64,000 bases of DNA from Octopus sinensis. Lineage: Eukaryota. The first letter of the stretch is position 1. The number at the start of each line of letters is the position of its first letter. This document shows, piece after piece, positions 1 through 12,764 of the stretch. Under the pieces are notes generated by a model. The model did not search any database. It was not told where the DNA came from and worked only from the letters and a program-made list of their open reading frames with translations. The stretch spans positions 66,836,001 to 66,900,000 of the forward strand of contig NC_043009.1 of assembly GCF_006345805.1 (NCBI RefSeq). Direction: 5' to 3'. The position numbers and the translations under genes were made by a program.

Positions 1-271
1 TTTTAGGAAGCTTTTGAGAGAAAGAAAAATATATGTTACCTGATAGATTTACAGGCAAATCATGATAATTAAGGCCTGGGAGAAGCGGTTGAGCGACTCG
101 GAATTACGTCCGTTTATACTCGGAGTTCAAACTAAGCGAAACCGAATTGAGAACGCCGGGTTTTCGTAGATTTTGCGTGAATGAATGATCAGAAAGCTGG
201 GTCTCAGTTGTCGCAAAATACTTGTGAAGTTCATAAAATCATAGCCTCTCAAAGTAGGCGCTACCGCCCGA

Positions 272-372
272 GGGCGCACACTCTCTTACCCTGATGTAAT
301 CTCCAGGGATACAGGCATCCAGCAACAGGACCTCCGTAATACCATGATGGACCGTGAAGTCTGGCGTAGCAT
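272..372 (+). mobile_element. RTE-clade LINE, C-terminal ORF fragment
   Basis: Translates GRTLSYPDVISRDTGIQQQDLRNTMMDREVWRSM, matching the RTE C-terminal pattern (TY.D.L..DTG...L...M.DR..WR). Confidence 0.7.
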
Positions 373-383
373 GATGAGGCGTT

Positions 384-644
384 CAGAGGATCCAAGTGGG
401 CGCTGGTGCCTAAGGGGGCACTGGAGAAATAGGGGGCGTTGGGAGGAAAGCAGTGAATTGGGGGGACGTTATGAATTTATTATGATATCATTATAGTACA
501 AACTATATAAGTGGCTGTGTGGTGAGTAGCTTGCTTACCAATCACATAGTTCCAGGTTCAATCCCGCTGCGTGGCATCTTGGGCAAGTGTCTTCTGCTAT
601 AGCCTCGGGCCGAAACTGAAAGAAGCCCGTCGTATATATGTATA

Positions 645-692
<48 letters not shown>

Positions 693-1058
693 TGTATCTG
701 TGTTTGTCCCCCCCCCCCACATCGCTTGACAAACAACCAATGCTGGTGTGTTTACGTCCCCGTAACGTAGCGGTTCGGCAAAAGGTGCCCGATAGAATAC
801 GTACTAGGCTTACAAAGAATAAGTCCTGGGGTTGCTTTGCTCGACCAAAGGCGGTGCTCCAGCATGGCCACAGTCAAATGACTGAAACAAGTGAAAGAGA
901 GTAAAAAGAGTAATATCATTAAATATCAAATGATTCATAATATATATAAATTAGTAAAGTATAAAATATTTATTTATACATAAAAATAGGGGTGGGGGCG
1001 CTGAGGGTATTATGTGGCCATGAGGAGAGCGGTGACCCAAAATGTTTGAGAACCTCTG
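384..1058. mobile_element. hAT-like MITE interrupted by a SINE
   Basis: Degenerate left end CAGAGGATCCAAGTGGGCG, right end TTTGAGAACCTCTG, GGGGGCG subterminal motifs. No clear 8-bp TSD. Confidence 0.45.
511..912 (+). mobile_element. Octopus tRNA-derived SINE, group A (CORE-like CCTTGGGCAAGT, internal (TA)/(TG)n, (GAGTAAAA)n tail)
   Basis: Head GTGGCTGTGTGG..GGTTCAATCCC with A/B-box-like motifs; near-identical copies recur across the window. Exact family name (OK/OR1/OR2) not assigned. Confidence 0.9.
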
Positions 1059-1129
1059 ATAAAATGATCCATCGACAAAGCCGCATAGATGAAAGCAACT
1101 AGTGATGAAAGCAACCTACTTGCTTTGCC

Positions 1130-1735
1130 TGCGAGGAATAGCAGTCAAACTTATTCATGTCACTCTCCACTGTCTTAAAAAAGTAGAACGTGAATGTGGT
1201 TAATAATATTCCTGTATATACTATGCCTGTGGCTGTGTGGTAAGTAGCTTGTTTACCAACCACATGGTTCCGGGTTCAGTCCCACTGCGTGGCACCTTGA
1301 GCAAGTGTCTTCTACTATAGCCTCGGGCCGACCAAAGCCTTGTGAGTGGATTTGGTAGATGGAAACTGAAAGAAGCCCGTCGTATATATGTATATATATA
1401 TATATGCGTGTGTGTGTTTGTGTGTCTGTGTTTGTCCCCCTAGCATTGCTTGACAACCGATGCTGGTGTGTTTATGTCCCCGTTACTTGGCGGTTCGGCA
1501 AAAGAGACCGATTGAATAAGTACTGGGCTTACAAAAGAATAAGTCCCGGGGTCGAGTTGCTCGATTAAAGGCGGTGCTCCAGCATGGCCGCAGTCAAATG
1601 ACTGAAAAAAGTAAAAGAGTAAAAAGAGTAAAAGAGTATCATAGCGAAAATGTCTTTGGTCTGTAACTCTACTCGATCAGACATGACCCAGGGTTAATAT
1701 AAACACCGACTTAACCAAAATACTTTTCGTCTTCA
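1130..1735 (+). mobile_element. SINE-like repeat, group D, split by a group A SINE
   Basis: 5' part (..GAATAGCAGTCAAAC..CTGTCTTAAAAAAG) at 1130-1225 and tail (..GATCAGACATGACCCAGGGTTAA) at 1640-1735. Related pieces at ~32620, 35290-35480, 61760 and 63880. Confidence 0.5.
1229..1637 (+). mobile_element. SINE group A, full length
   Basis: Complete head, body and (GAGTAAAA)n tail. Confidence 0.92.
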
Positions 1736-1781
1736 AGGTATATGAATGCAGAGAAACATTGAGAGAGTTTTTTGCAATGGT

Positions 1782-2171
1782 ATATTCTTTTCTACTCTAA
1801 GCACAACGCCCGAAATTTTAGGGGAGGCGGGGCCAGTCGATTAGATCGACCCCATTACGCAACTGGTACTTAATTTATCGACCCCAAAAGGATGAAAGGC
1901 AAAGTCGACCTCGGCGGAATTTGAACTCAGAACGTAAAAACAGACGAAATACCTATTTCTATTTCTTTGCTACCCACAAGGGGCAAACAAGGACAGACAA
2001 ACGGATTAAATCGATTATATCGACCCAATGCGTAACTGGTACTTATTTAATCGACCCCGAAAGGATGAAAGGTAAAGTCGACCTCGGCAGAATTTGAACT
2101 CAGAAGGTAAAGACAGACAAAATACCGGTAAGCATTTCGTCCAGGATGCTAACAATTCTGCCATCTTGTCG
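1782..2171 (-). mobile_element. SINE group B, dimeric form
   Basis: Two copies of the core GAGTTCAAATTCCGCCGAGGTCGACTTTGCCTTTCATCCTTT(C/T)GGGGTCGAT (Deu/Nin-like domain from recall) on the minus strand. Confidence 0.88.
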
Positions 2172-2589
2172 CTTTGTGAATTAGCCACTATTTAGTAGTA
2201 AGTATTTACCGTAGCGTAGGGAGAGTTTACTGTTGTAAGTGGCGGGAGTTGGTTGTTCTATTATTTTCCAATGTTAATCCCTATGTTTGATAAGAAACTT
2301 GGAAGATGTTTAAGGAACTCACTCCGAAGGATTCAGATATGGAAAACAAAATTGAAAGAATATGTAATGAGTTTTCAGATGCCTCTTTTCGATGTGAAAG
2401 TAAACTTTTTAATTGCAACTAAAAGCCTGGCTGACTCAATAACGCATCATCTGAAAGACCAGCCGCCTTTGTACCCAACCGCCTGAGTTGTAATATACCA
2501 TTGCAAAAAAGAGCGGGCAGACACGTTAGCACTCCCTACAAATTCCTGACCTTGTGCCAAAATTTGAAACCAATATTAGAAACGGATTA

Positions 2590-2775
2590 AGGCGGAGAGC
2601 TAGGAGAATCGTTAGCGACATTTCTTCCGGTTCTTTACCATCTGAGTTCAAATCCCATCGATGTCAGGTTTACTGTTCATCCTTTCGAGATCGATAAAAT
2701 TCGTACCAATTGAGCATTGTGCTCAATCTAGTCCCTCTTTTGAAATTGCTGTCCTTGTGCCAAACTAATAACAAT
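2590..2775 (+). mobile_element. SINE group B, degenerate
   Basis: GGCGGAGAGCTAGGAGAATCGTTAGC head; core ..CATCCTTTCGAGATCGATAAA; tail ..CCTTGTGCCAAA. Confidence 0.75.
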
Positions 2776-2879
2776 TAAGAAGAAGACGGACTGCAGTGAT
2801 TATAATGAAACTGAAGCCGGGAAGGGCCATGCTTGAGCTCCAGCTGGATTATTTTTTCTATAACACATATGGCATTTGT

Positions 2880-3340
2880 AACCCACCAGTACATGACTGG
2901 TACTTCTTTTATCGACCCCGAAGGATGAAAAGCAAGTCGACCTCGGCGGAATTTGAACTTAGAATGTAAAGGCTGATGAAATGCCGCTAAGCTTTTCGCC
3001 CAGAGCGGTTTGGGATTGAAATAAAGATAAGCCAAAAACATAGGGAAATGGAGCAGTGTGGTTGAATAACGGAATTGTTAGACCATATATACTGTGAGTT
3101 CAAATCCCGCCGAGGTCAACTGAAGTCGATATAGTGCTTTCTAATTTTGGCACAAGGCCAGAAATTTTGAGAGGAGGAGCAAGTCGATTTTAACGACCCG
3201 AATGCTCAATAGGTATTTGTTTTTATGAAACTCGAAAGGATGAAAGACAAAGTCAACGTCAGCGACATTTGAATTCAGAACATAAAACCAATAGAAAAAC
3301 CGCCAAACATTCTGTTCGAGATGCGATCGATTCTGCCCGC
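2880..3340 (-). mobile_element. Cluster of SINE group B fragments
   Basis: Cores at ~2890-3000 and ~3140-3340 on minus; short plus-strand piece at ~3090-3120. Confidence 0.75.
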
Positions 3341-3680
3341 TCTCCAACTTTGCTATCAATATAACTGCTTATACACTTTTTTCAAAATTTTGAAATATTG
3401 AATCTACGTTAAAAAATCTTTACTTTTCTAAATTTGAGCGGTAGAATTTCCATTTTCTCTTTGCTTCGCTAAATGACATCGATGGAATAAGTACCAGGCT
3501 TTAAAAAATTCTTCAAGATGGTGCCCCAGCATGGCCGCAGTCTAATGACTGAAACAGGTAAAAGATAAAATGCTAGGGGAGTTAATGAGAAATGAAATCT
3601 GACAGCCAAGGATCGAACCTACATCATAGCTTCGACTCTCATCGTCTAAGCCTTGCCATCGATCACACTAGCATTACCCT

Positions 3681-3780
3681 NNNNNNNNNNNNNNNNNNNN
3701 NNNNNNNNNNNNNNNNNNNNNNNNNNNNNNNNNNNNNNNNNNNNNNNNNNNNNNNNNNNNNNNNNNNNNNNNNNNNNNNN
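3681..3780. other. Assembly gap (100 N)
   Basis: Run of exactly 100 N. Confidence 1.
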
Positions 3781-4710
3781 GTATGTGTGTAGGCGTGTGT
3801 GTGTAGATGTATGTATGTATGGGTGTGTGTCCGTGTGTGTTTGTGTTTGTGTGTAGGTAGATGTGTGTGTCTGAGTGAGAGTATGGCTGTGTAGGTGTGT
3901 GTGTGTATGAATGTAAGTGGTGTGTATACAGTGTAATGTATGTATGTAGGTGTGTGTGTGTGTGTGTATGTGTACGTGTGCGTGTGTATGTGTGTGTGTG
4001 TATGCGTGTGAGTGTGAGTGTATGGTGTATGTCTGTGTGTGTGTATGTCTGAAGTAGGTATGTAGTGTATGTATGTATGTGTGTGTGTGTGCAGGTGTGT
4101 GTGTATGTGTGTGTGTGAGTAGGTGTGCGTGTATGTATGTGGGTAGGGATGCATGCGAGAGTGTGTGGGTATGTATGCATACATACGTACGCGCACATCC
4201 GAAGCAAGCCCACACGCACAAAGCGCGCTCACGCACACACGCACAAGCGTACAACGCAAGCCCAAGGGCCGACCAAGCCCCCAGCGCGCGCCAAGGCGCG
4301 CGAGCGCAAAGGCCCTCGAACGCCCCGCTACGCGGGAACCGAGGATCCATCAGCCAAAACCGGGAAAGCAGAAGAGAGGGGGGGCTGCCTGGATGCAAAA
4401 AGGTGTATGTGTGTGTGCATTCAGTGTAAGGGTGTGCATGTGTGGGCATGTATGTATGTATGTGCCTACATGTATGTTTGCATGTGTGTGTGTGAAGTAT
4501 GTACGTGCGGTGTGGTGTGTGTGAGTGTGTGTGTATGTATGTGCGTATGTATGTGTGTGTATGTGTGTATGTATGTTCTGTGTGTGTGTGTGTGTGTGTA
4601 AGTATGTATGTGTGTGCGTATGTATGTATGTGTGTGTGTGTAAGTATGTATGTGTGTGCGTATGTATGTATGATATATTAAATATATAATTATATATATA
4701 TATATATATA
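3781..4710. repeat. Noisy (GT)/(GTAT)n low-complexity tract
   Basis: Direct reading; irregular GC-rich core at 4190-4400. Confidence 0.85.
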
Positions 4711-5248
4711 TTTCACTGTCGTAGTTGGTATAAATTTATTTCGGCATACTTGATAAACCATCTCCTATAATTCAAGTGAGCAATATAACATTAACCATAT
4801 AAATCTCATTCGCACATCCTTTTTCCTTAGTATAAGAGTGTCACGTACACATCCACACATACACACGCATTATACGCACACCGGTTTTATACAAATACAA
4901 TGGTAGCGAGACGGTAGCATTGATAGGTGTGAGATTTAGTTACCTCCCTTTATGTCCTAATTTCAAATCTCGTCTGAGGACGACTTTTGGCTTTTACCAT
5001 TCTGAAATCGATAGAATAAGTTTTAACGTAATACCAGAAGCCATTTCCTGATTATGTCCCTTCCCTCAAATTCAAAAAGCAAATCAGAAACCGATATTGA
5101 ATAACGCTTCTTGTGTTCTGAGAATAAAGCTTTACGTTCTGAATTCAAATTCCCCGTGGTCGCTTTCTTTTCTCATTGTTTTGGAGTCAATAAAGTGATA
5201 TTCTGATATAACTGATATAAGTAATGTATTATTATAAGGTTGGTATAA

Positions 5249-5601
5249 GGCGCAATGGCCCAGTGATTAGGGCAGCGGTTTCGATTCCCAGACCGGTTGT
5301 TTTGAGTGTTTATTGAGCGAAAACACCTAAAACTCCACGAGGCTCCGGCAGTGGGTGGTAGTGATCCCTGCTGTACTCTTTCACCACAACTTTCTCTCTC
5401 TTTCTTCCTGTTTCTGTTGTACCTGTATTTCAAAGGGGCCAGCCTTGTCACACTCTATGTCACGCTGAATATACCCGAGAACTACGTTAAGGGTGCACGT
5501 GTATGTGGAGTGCTCAGCCACTTGTACGTTAATTTCACGAGCAGGCTGTTCCGTTGATCGGATCAACTGGAACCCTCGTCGTCGTAACCGACGGAGTGCC
5601 A
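5249..5601 (+). mobile_element. SINE group C variant (head GGCGCAATGGCCCAGTG, tail ..GTCGTAACCGACGGAGTGCCA)
   Basis: tRNA-like head; first ~150 bp shared with the minus copy at 15923-16188. Confidence 0.8.
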
Positions 5602-6706
5602 TGATTGATATAAGAAATATCTTGCTAAGCAGAAGTCCGTGCTTAATGACATTTTGTCTGTCTTTATATTCCACTGAGGTCGATGTAATCGGCTTACCCC
5701 ACTCCCCACAATTTGCTGGCCTCGTGCCACAATTTGAAACCAATGTTATTATTGTCAAAACAGTAGCGGCGAATGAACTGTCCACTCTGAACGGCATTTT
5801 TGAGAAGCGGCACTTTGGGTCTACTACAGTTGCAAAAAAGAAAGGGTTTTGCCTTCTTTCTGTCGATACAGTGAAATAATACAAGACGTCAGGCTATTTT
5901 TTTCCACGTAACCATTAATTAATGCTAAGCATTATGTTCCCTCGAAGATGGCCTTCTTGGAACGCTTTCTTCTGCCTAATTATTTATGGCATTGCGATAA
6001 AAGAATTTATTTCATAAAAAATTTATTACAGGAAAACAAGAAAAATAACTCTGTAGAATGTTCTACCGAAATCTTTTTTACTTGAAACATAAAAATGGTG
6101 TATTAATTTCTTTCACATATTTCATTCACATATATCTTTCTTTAAGTATGTTAATTTCTTACATTAACTGCTTTCACATATATCTTTCACATATATCTTT
6201 CTGGAAGTGTTTTTTTTTTTCCTTTCATTTATGTTTGATGTATATAAAGCTGTGTTTCTCGTGTGGTGGGGCAGTAACACCAAAAACCTCTCTGGTACGG
6301 TAGAAACTCTAGGTTCACAACTCCTTCATTCGATTTATATTCAACAGTGCTCTTCCCTCAAAATGTATGACCAGGCTCCTATGCTTAAACATCAGTGTTA
6401 TTGTAGCTGAGTGGATTTAAGTTCCTTTCATGTTGGTCGATTTTGCCTTACATTCTTCAAAAGCCGATTTTAAAAAAGAAGTACCAGTAATATTCTAGTT
6501 TTGATATTAACTGTACAAACCCCATAAAATAGAATTTATAGCATCGTGTTAATGTAAGAAATCAATATTCTTGATACAAAAATTCTTTCAAGCGAAACAA
6601 TGATGTTCTTGCATCCTGCTGAGTGGGAGGAAACTTACGTCAGCTGAAAATGGAAACTGGGTCACCGTGACACTCAGCTGATTGCCCCACCCACGTTCTA
6701 GGACGT

Positions 6707-7399
6707 TCAACAACCACCGTTAATATTGATTTCTAATAGGCCCAAGAACGCAAAATTTTCGGGTGGTAATCTATTATAATCGAATCGGTCTCCAGCATGA
6801 AGGTAAAGTTCTTCTCGGCGGGATTCGAAATAAGAAAGTGAAGAAAGGCGCCTGCACGTGACTATGTGGTTCCCAACCACACGGTTCCTATTCAGTCCCA
6901 CTGTGTGGCACCTGAAAGGTCTAAAGACAAGCAACGCGACATTCGCCTCGGCTTCTTTTTGACCCACGACTGCAGTTCGGTCATGGAGACGAGGTACGGG
7001 AAAGTGCGCCTCACAAATGGCGACCACGCCTTTTTACCGTTGTCTACGTAGAGCCGGAGATGTCGCAGTCTCAGCGCGTGTCTGCGCATCATCAACCACG
7101 GCATGCCCAGCCCGTCTTTTAACGGGTGTTGGCAGCAAATGGATCGCCTGATCATCAGAACGCTTCCCTTCCACAAGAAGCGGAAGAGAATGCGTTCCAG
7201 TTTGGTGACGGTAGGGTCGGGACAAGGCACGGCGGTCAGGCGGTAGTAGATGACGGACGCGATGTACGTGTTCGCCACCTCCGCCCGACCTTTTAAGGAC
7301 AGCTTTCTTTCGGCCTATTGCCGGGCGAGAGTGGCCACCCTACTCGTTATCTCATTCCAGTTCTTCTCCGTTTGGAGGTCTGGACCAAACCAGACCCTG
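6707..7399 (-). mobile_element. L1/Tx1-clade LINE ORF2 fragment (post-RT region), pseudogenised
   Basis: Translates VWFGPDLQTEKNWNEITSRVATLARQ*AERKLSLKGRAEVANTYIASVIYYRL...LERILFRFLW...RRSICCQHPLKDGLGMP, typical of Tx1. In-frame TAG at 7315-7317. Confidence 0.85.
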
Positions 7400-7468
<69 letters not shown>

Positions 7469-7484
7469 GATAGATAGATAGATA
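7400..7484. repeat. (GATA)n microsatellite
   Basis: Direct reading; abuts the Tx1 5' breakpoint. Confidence 0.98.
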
Positions 7485-7674
7485 TTCATCAACTGTAGTG
7501 ATTCTGTATAATCCATTTGTTTCTTTCTATTGCTTTGTACATACCTACCTACCTACCTACATACATACATACATACATACATACATACATACATACATAC
7601 ATACATACATACATACATACATACATACATACATACATACATACATGCATGCATACACACATACATACATACAT

Positions 7675-8247
7675 AAAACAATTTACAATGCCATCCGCAA
7701 AAAAGACTCTTGAAATAAACTTAGAAAATCCCTTACAGAATACATTCATAAACACCGACTCAAAGAATACTGGTGAAATATTCCCATCAAAATTTCTGTC
7801 AAATGTAAACATAACGGATATTTTTGTCGGGGACAGAGGGACAAAAGTATATACCATCATAGAGGTCAGCTGCCCTGCAGATATAAATATCTGATTGAAA
7901 ATCAAAGAAAAAGAGGATATATATGGACAACTGCCTCGAAACCTCCAGCTTCTATATCCAGACTCTGAATTCATATTCATACCAATGATAATTGGAGCAC
8001 TAGGTTTTGTTAGTAAATGCTTAAAAGAGAATTTGGATAAACTGGGATTTTCAGAAATCGACCGGCTAACTCGTACATTGCAAGTGCAATCTGTGAGTGG
8101 AACAGTAAAAATATGCAAGACTTTTCTCAAGTTCCAAATGTGAATTTGTCTCTGTTAACTGCATCCCAAAGATGGAGACTTGTATCTTTGTTGGAAACCG
8201 GGTCCCTCCTCAGTGGAACATTTATGATAATGAAAAAAATAGATGAG
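7675..8247 (+). mobile_element. RLE-type non-LTR retrotransposon 3' end embedded in (TACA)n
   Basis: One frame reads DIFVGDRGTKVYTIIEVSCPADINI*LKIKEKEDIYGQLPRNLQLLYPDSEFIFIPMIIGALG...KICKTFLKFQM* (PD-(D/E)xK RLE motif), followed by a ~100-bp 3' UTR. (TACA)n on both flanks. Confidence 0.85.
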
Positions 8248-9503
8248 ACATACAGACATACATACATACTGACATACTGACATACATACAGACATACATA
8301 CATACACACATACATACACAGATACATACATACAGACATACATACACACATACATACATACATACATACATACATACACACATACATACATACATACATA
8401 CATACATACACACATACATACACACATACATACATACATACATACATACATACACACATACATACACACATACATACATACAGACATACATACACACATA
8501 CATACACACATACATACATACATACACACACATACATACATACATACATACATACATACATACATACATACACACATACATACATACATACATACATACA
8601 TACACACATACATACACACATACATACATACATACATACATACAGACATACACACATACATACATACAGACATACATACACACATACATACATACATACA
8701 TACATACATACATACATACATACATACATACATACATACATACATACATACACACATACTTACATACATACATACATACATACACACATACATACACACA
8801 TACATACATACATACATACACACATCATACACACATACATACATACACACATACATACATACATACATACATACATACATACATACACACACACACATAC
8901 ATACATACATACATACATACATACACATACATACACACATACATACACACATACACACATACATACACACATACATACATACATACACACATACATACAT
9001 ACATACATACATACACACATACATACACACATACATACACACATACACACATACATACACACATACATACACACATACATACACACATACATACATACAT
9101 ACACACATACATACATACATACAGACATACATACATACATACACACATACATACATACATACATACACACATACATACATACATACATACATACATACAC
9201 ACATACATACATACATACACACATACATACATACATACATACATACATACATACATACATACATACAGACATACATACATACATACATACATACATACAT
9301 ACACACATACATACATACATACATACATACATACAGACATACATACATACACACATACATACATACATACATACATACATACACATACATACACACATAC
9401 ATACATACATACAGACATACATACATACATACACACATACATACATACATCATACATACATACATACATACATACATACATACATACATACATACATACA
9501 TAC
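8248..9503. repeat. ~1.25 kb (TACA/CACA)n array
   Basis: Direct reading. Confidence 0.98.
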
Positions 9504-9589
9504 AAGCACACCCAGTCTGGTTAAATGAATTTATTGTTAGGTGAGATTTGAATCCAAGCCAAAACTAAATTTTAATAAATTTGACTCTT

Positions 9590-9802
9590 TTCATATTGGT
9601 TTTAAATTTTTCCTCAAGGACAACAATTTGATGGGGGCAGGATAAGCCGTTTACATTGACCCCAGTACTCAGCTGGTATTATTTTATCATCCCCGAAAGG
9701 CAAAGTCAACCTCGGCAGAATTTGAACTCAGACCGTAGAGACGGACCAAATGCCGCTAAGTATTTTGTCCGGCATTCTAACGTTTCTTCCAGCTCACCGC
9801 CT
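9590..9802 (-). mobile_element. SINE group B
   Basis: Core plus head ending ..CAGCTCACCGCCT. Confidence 0.85.
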
Positions 9803-9819
9803 TTACGTCTCTTCATATT

Positions 9820-10345
9820 CTTTTCTACTCTAGGCCCGAAATCTTTGGAGAGGGGGCCAGTCGATTAGATCGACCCCATGACGCAACTGGTACTTAATTT
9901 ATCGACCCCGAAGGGATGAAAAGCAAAGTCGACCTCGGCGGAATTTGAACTCAGAAAGTTAAGACTACTCACAAGGGGCTAAACATAGAGGGGACAAACA
10001 AGGACAGAGAAACGGATTAAGTCGATTACATCGACCCAGTGCGTAACTGGTACTTATTTAATCGACCCCGAAAGGATGAAAGGCAAAGTCGACCTCGGCG
10101 GAATTTGAACTCAGAAAGTAAAGACTATTCACAAGTGGCTAAACACAGAGGGGACAAACAAGGACAAACGGATTAAGTCGATTACATCGACCCCAGTGCG
10201 TAACTGGTACTTATTTTAATCGCCCCCCGAATGGATGAGAGGCAAAGTCGACCTCGGCGGAATTTGAACTCAGAACGTAACGGCAGACGAAATACGGCTA
10301 CGCATTTCGCCTGTCGTGCTAGCGGTTCTTGCCAGCTCGCTGCCT
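9820..10345 (-). mobile_element. SINE group B, trimeric, flanked by a 17-bp direct repeat
   Basis: Three core copies; TTACGTCTCTTCATATT at 9803-9819 and 10346-10362. Confidence 0.88.
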
Positions 10346-11181
10346 TTACGTCTCTTCATATTGAGACACGAGCAGTAAAGTTTCTGAGGTTATTCATTAA
10401 ATTCTTATAAAATAACAACCCAGGTATGTAATGTACGTATGTAGGGAAGGGGTAGGTTGGCAGGTAGGCAGGCATGTTGATCGGTCGGTCGGTCGGTATA
10501 CATGGCTGTGTGCATGCATACGTAAACGATATATATGTGTTTGTGTATAGTGTTTTGATTTTTGTTTTCTTTGCGTTTTTCCGTTTGCACGTGTTCTAAA
10601 AATGCATGCATACACACATACACTCATGCATACGTACATACACTCATGCATACGTACACACATACATACATGTTCGTGTGTGTGCAGTGCGCATGTAAAC
10701 ATGTATATGCATTTGTGTACCGCTCTCTCTCGCTCTCTCTCTCTGTCTTTCTCTTTCCCTCTCTCTCCCCCCCCCTATTTCTTATTTCTCACATTTAGAA
10801 CTTGATTTATGTTGCTAGGTTTATATAGATATATAACTATGTATGTGTGTGTGTGTGTGAGTCTTTGTGTGTCCGTGTGCGCGCGTGTGTTTTTATATAT
10901 TTACATATATATGGCTATTCCCTTTAATCTATTCTTAGATGCTGTCGTTCCATGCGTGTGTGTGTGTGTGTGTGTGTTTTAGGCACAATGTAATCGGCTT
11001 CTAAGTAATATTAAGATTCCTGTCGCCTCCAACACTCCTTAAAGCGAAATTCTACCCCCACCCTCACATTCAATGCCATTTAATATGACATAAGTTTTCG
11101 TGCCCAATACCAGAAAGTGTTTGGATTTCTCTGAGGGAGATGTGAGTTCGCATCATGCCACTGAAATTATTATTATTGTTG

Positions 11182-11231
<50 letters not shown>

Positions 11232-11371
11232 TTATTATTATTATTGTTGTTGTTGTTGTTATTATTATTTATTTTTTATTGTTATTATTATTATTATTAT
11301 TTATTTTTTATTATTATTATTTATTTTTTATTATTATTATTTATTTTATTATTATTATTATTATTATTATT

Positions 11372-11519
11372 GAGTGACAGCGCAGTGCATGCCATCAAAG
11401 TGACACTGGGGTAAAATATACGAAGCCCAGTATACCCATCATGACTACTCGTCTGATAAGTGTACACTAGGCGCATGCATCACAACCATATGTGCGCGAC
11501 ATGGTGATCTCATACCAAG
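11372..11519 (-). mobile_element. 3' end of an (AAT)n-associated repeat (same family as 46694-47241 and 40181-40402)
   Basis: GAGTGACAGCGCAGTGCATGCCATCAAAGTGACACTGGGG.. directly follows the (ATT)n tract at 11165-11371. Confidence 0.85.
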
Positions 11520-11530
11520 GGATAGCTTCC

Positions 11531-11745
<215 letters not shown>

Positions 11746-11999
11746 TTTCCGTGAGAGTTAGAGGTTGGGAAGCCAACCAACTAAGGGATAGTACCTATCC
11801 AATATACTGCTGGTAGTGTATCCAGTTATTAATACCCAAGTGCTGGTTATTGTGTAGCAATTTCGCAATCGAGTGTCATATCTGCGGTGGTAAAAAGTAG
11901 TTTACCCTTAAGTTATACGGCAAAAAGTAAATGGTGGGCGGGGATACAAAAATGACATACATCAGCCGGTAGACATTCTATTACGTCTATTTAATCCAA

Positions 12000-12720
12000 A
12001 ACAGAATAGATACACATGCAAAGACTGTGTACTACACAAATATATACTAGTTATAGTAATAACAGTAATACATAAAAGAGTAAAAAATTAAAAGATCAGG
12101 TCCTTACGGCCGTTTCTGTCAAGAGGGCACGATAGCCTCCATGCTACCTCCATCTCTTCAGTGTTCTGTAGGAATAGGTAGGTAGAGTTTGGATGTTGAG
12201 TGTGCCTCTAGGCTTCATCAGAAGGTCTAATGGGTTAGGAGAGCCGATACATATAAGAGTCAGTTACTAATAGGTACAGTATATTTTTCTTATTAAAGAG
12301 GGCATAAGAAGAATAGGAGCATAAGTTAGAGTGTAAGAGGAGTAAAATTTAGTAAAATGGATTAGATATAGGAAAGGGAAATAAGTCATAGACTTTAAAT
12401 GTCGCTTTCCAAGATTCATGTTATTTTGTGAAGTGGTGGAAAGGTATGTATAGTCGTTCTAAGGATGAATTTTTTTAGGAAGGGTAAATTTAGGCAGTGG
12501 TTGTTATTTTGTTTAAATATAAATCCATGTTATGTTTGTGTTTACAGTGGTGGCTTTGAAAGCATGGTCTGTGTTTCAGAGGTGGAAGTTTATATGTAGG
12601 ATGCCAGTTGGTACTAAAAAGAGTATGGCACCAGGTGATGACCAAAGTACGATGCTCGTGTTTGTTATTTTTTCGATCAAGTCCCTGAATCCTTGTGTGC
12701 AGTGGGGTGGTGGTTATGGT
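12000..12720 (-). mobile_element. Unclassified interspersed repeat, possibly a Penelope-like terminal region
   Basis: Contains hammerhead-like half motifs (CTGATGA, CTGAAGA, GAAACGGCCGTA). No clear protein motif. Confidence 0.35.
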
Positions 12721-12727
12721 TATATAT

Positions 12728-12758
<31 letters not shown>

Positions 12759-12764
12759 ATGAAG

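Noticed and set aside
511-600. tRNA-like A/B boxes at many positions
   Set aside because: These are SINE heads continuing into SINE bodies; there is no complete cloverleaf, so no tRNA genes were called.
2253-2486. 77-aa ORF and possible exon MFKELTPKDSDMENK..|GTAAAC
   Set aside because: No recognisable domain, weak splice context and two equally plausible frames.
4190-4400. GC-rich block with a switch from GT-rich to CA-rich strand next to the gap
   Set aside because: It looks like low-quality consensus near a scaffold gap; no repeat or coding structure can be supported.
8127-9511. Long ORFs up to 448 aa (MYVC repeats) and similar YIHT, IIII and LSIY ORFs throughout
   Set aside because: They are translations of microsatellites that lack stops in some frames; there is no coding signal.
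9820-10345. Regularly spaced repeats superficially like a CRISPR array
   Set aside because: The units are ~155-bp SINE segments with repeated 'spacers' in a eukaryotic context; no cas genes are present.
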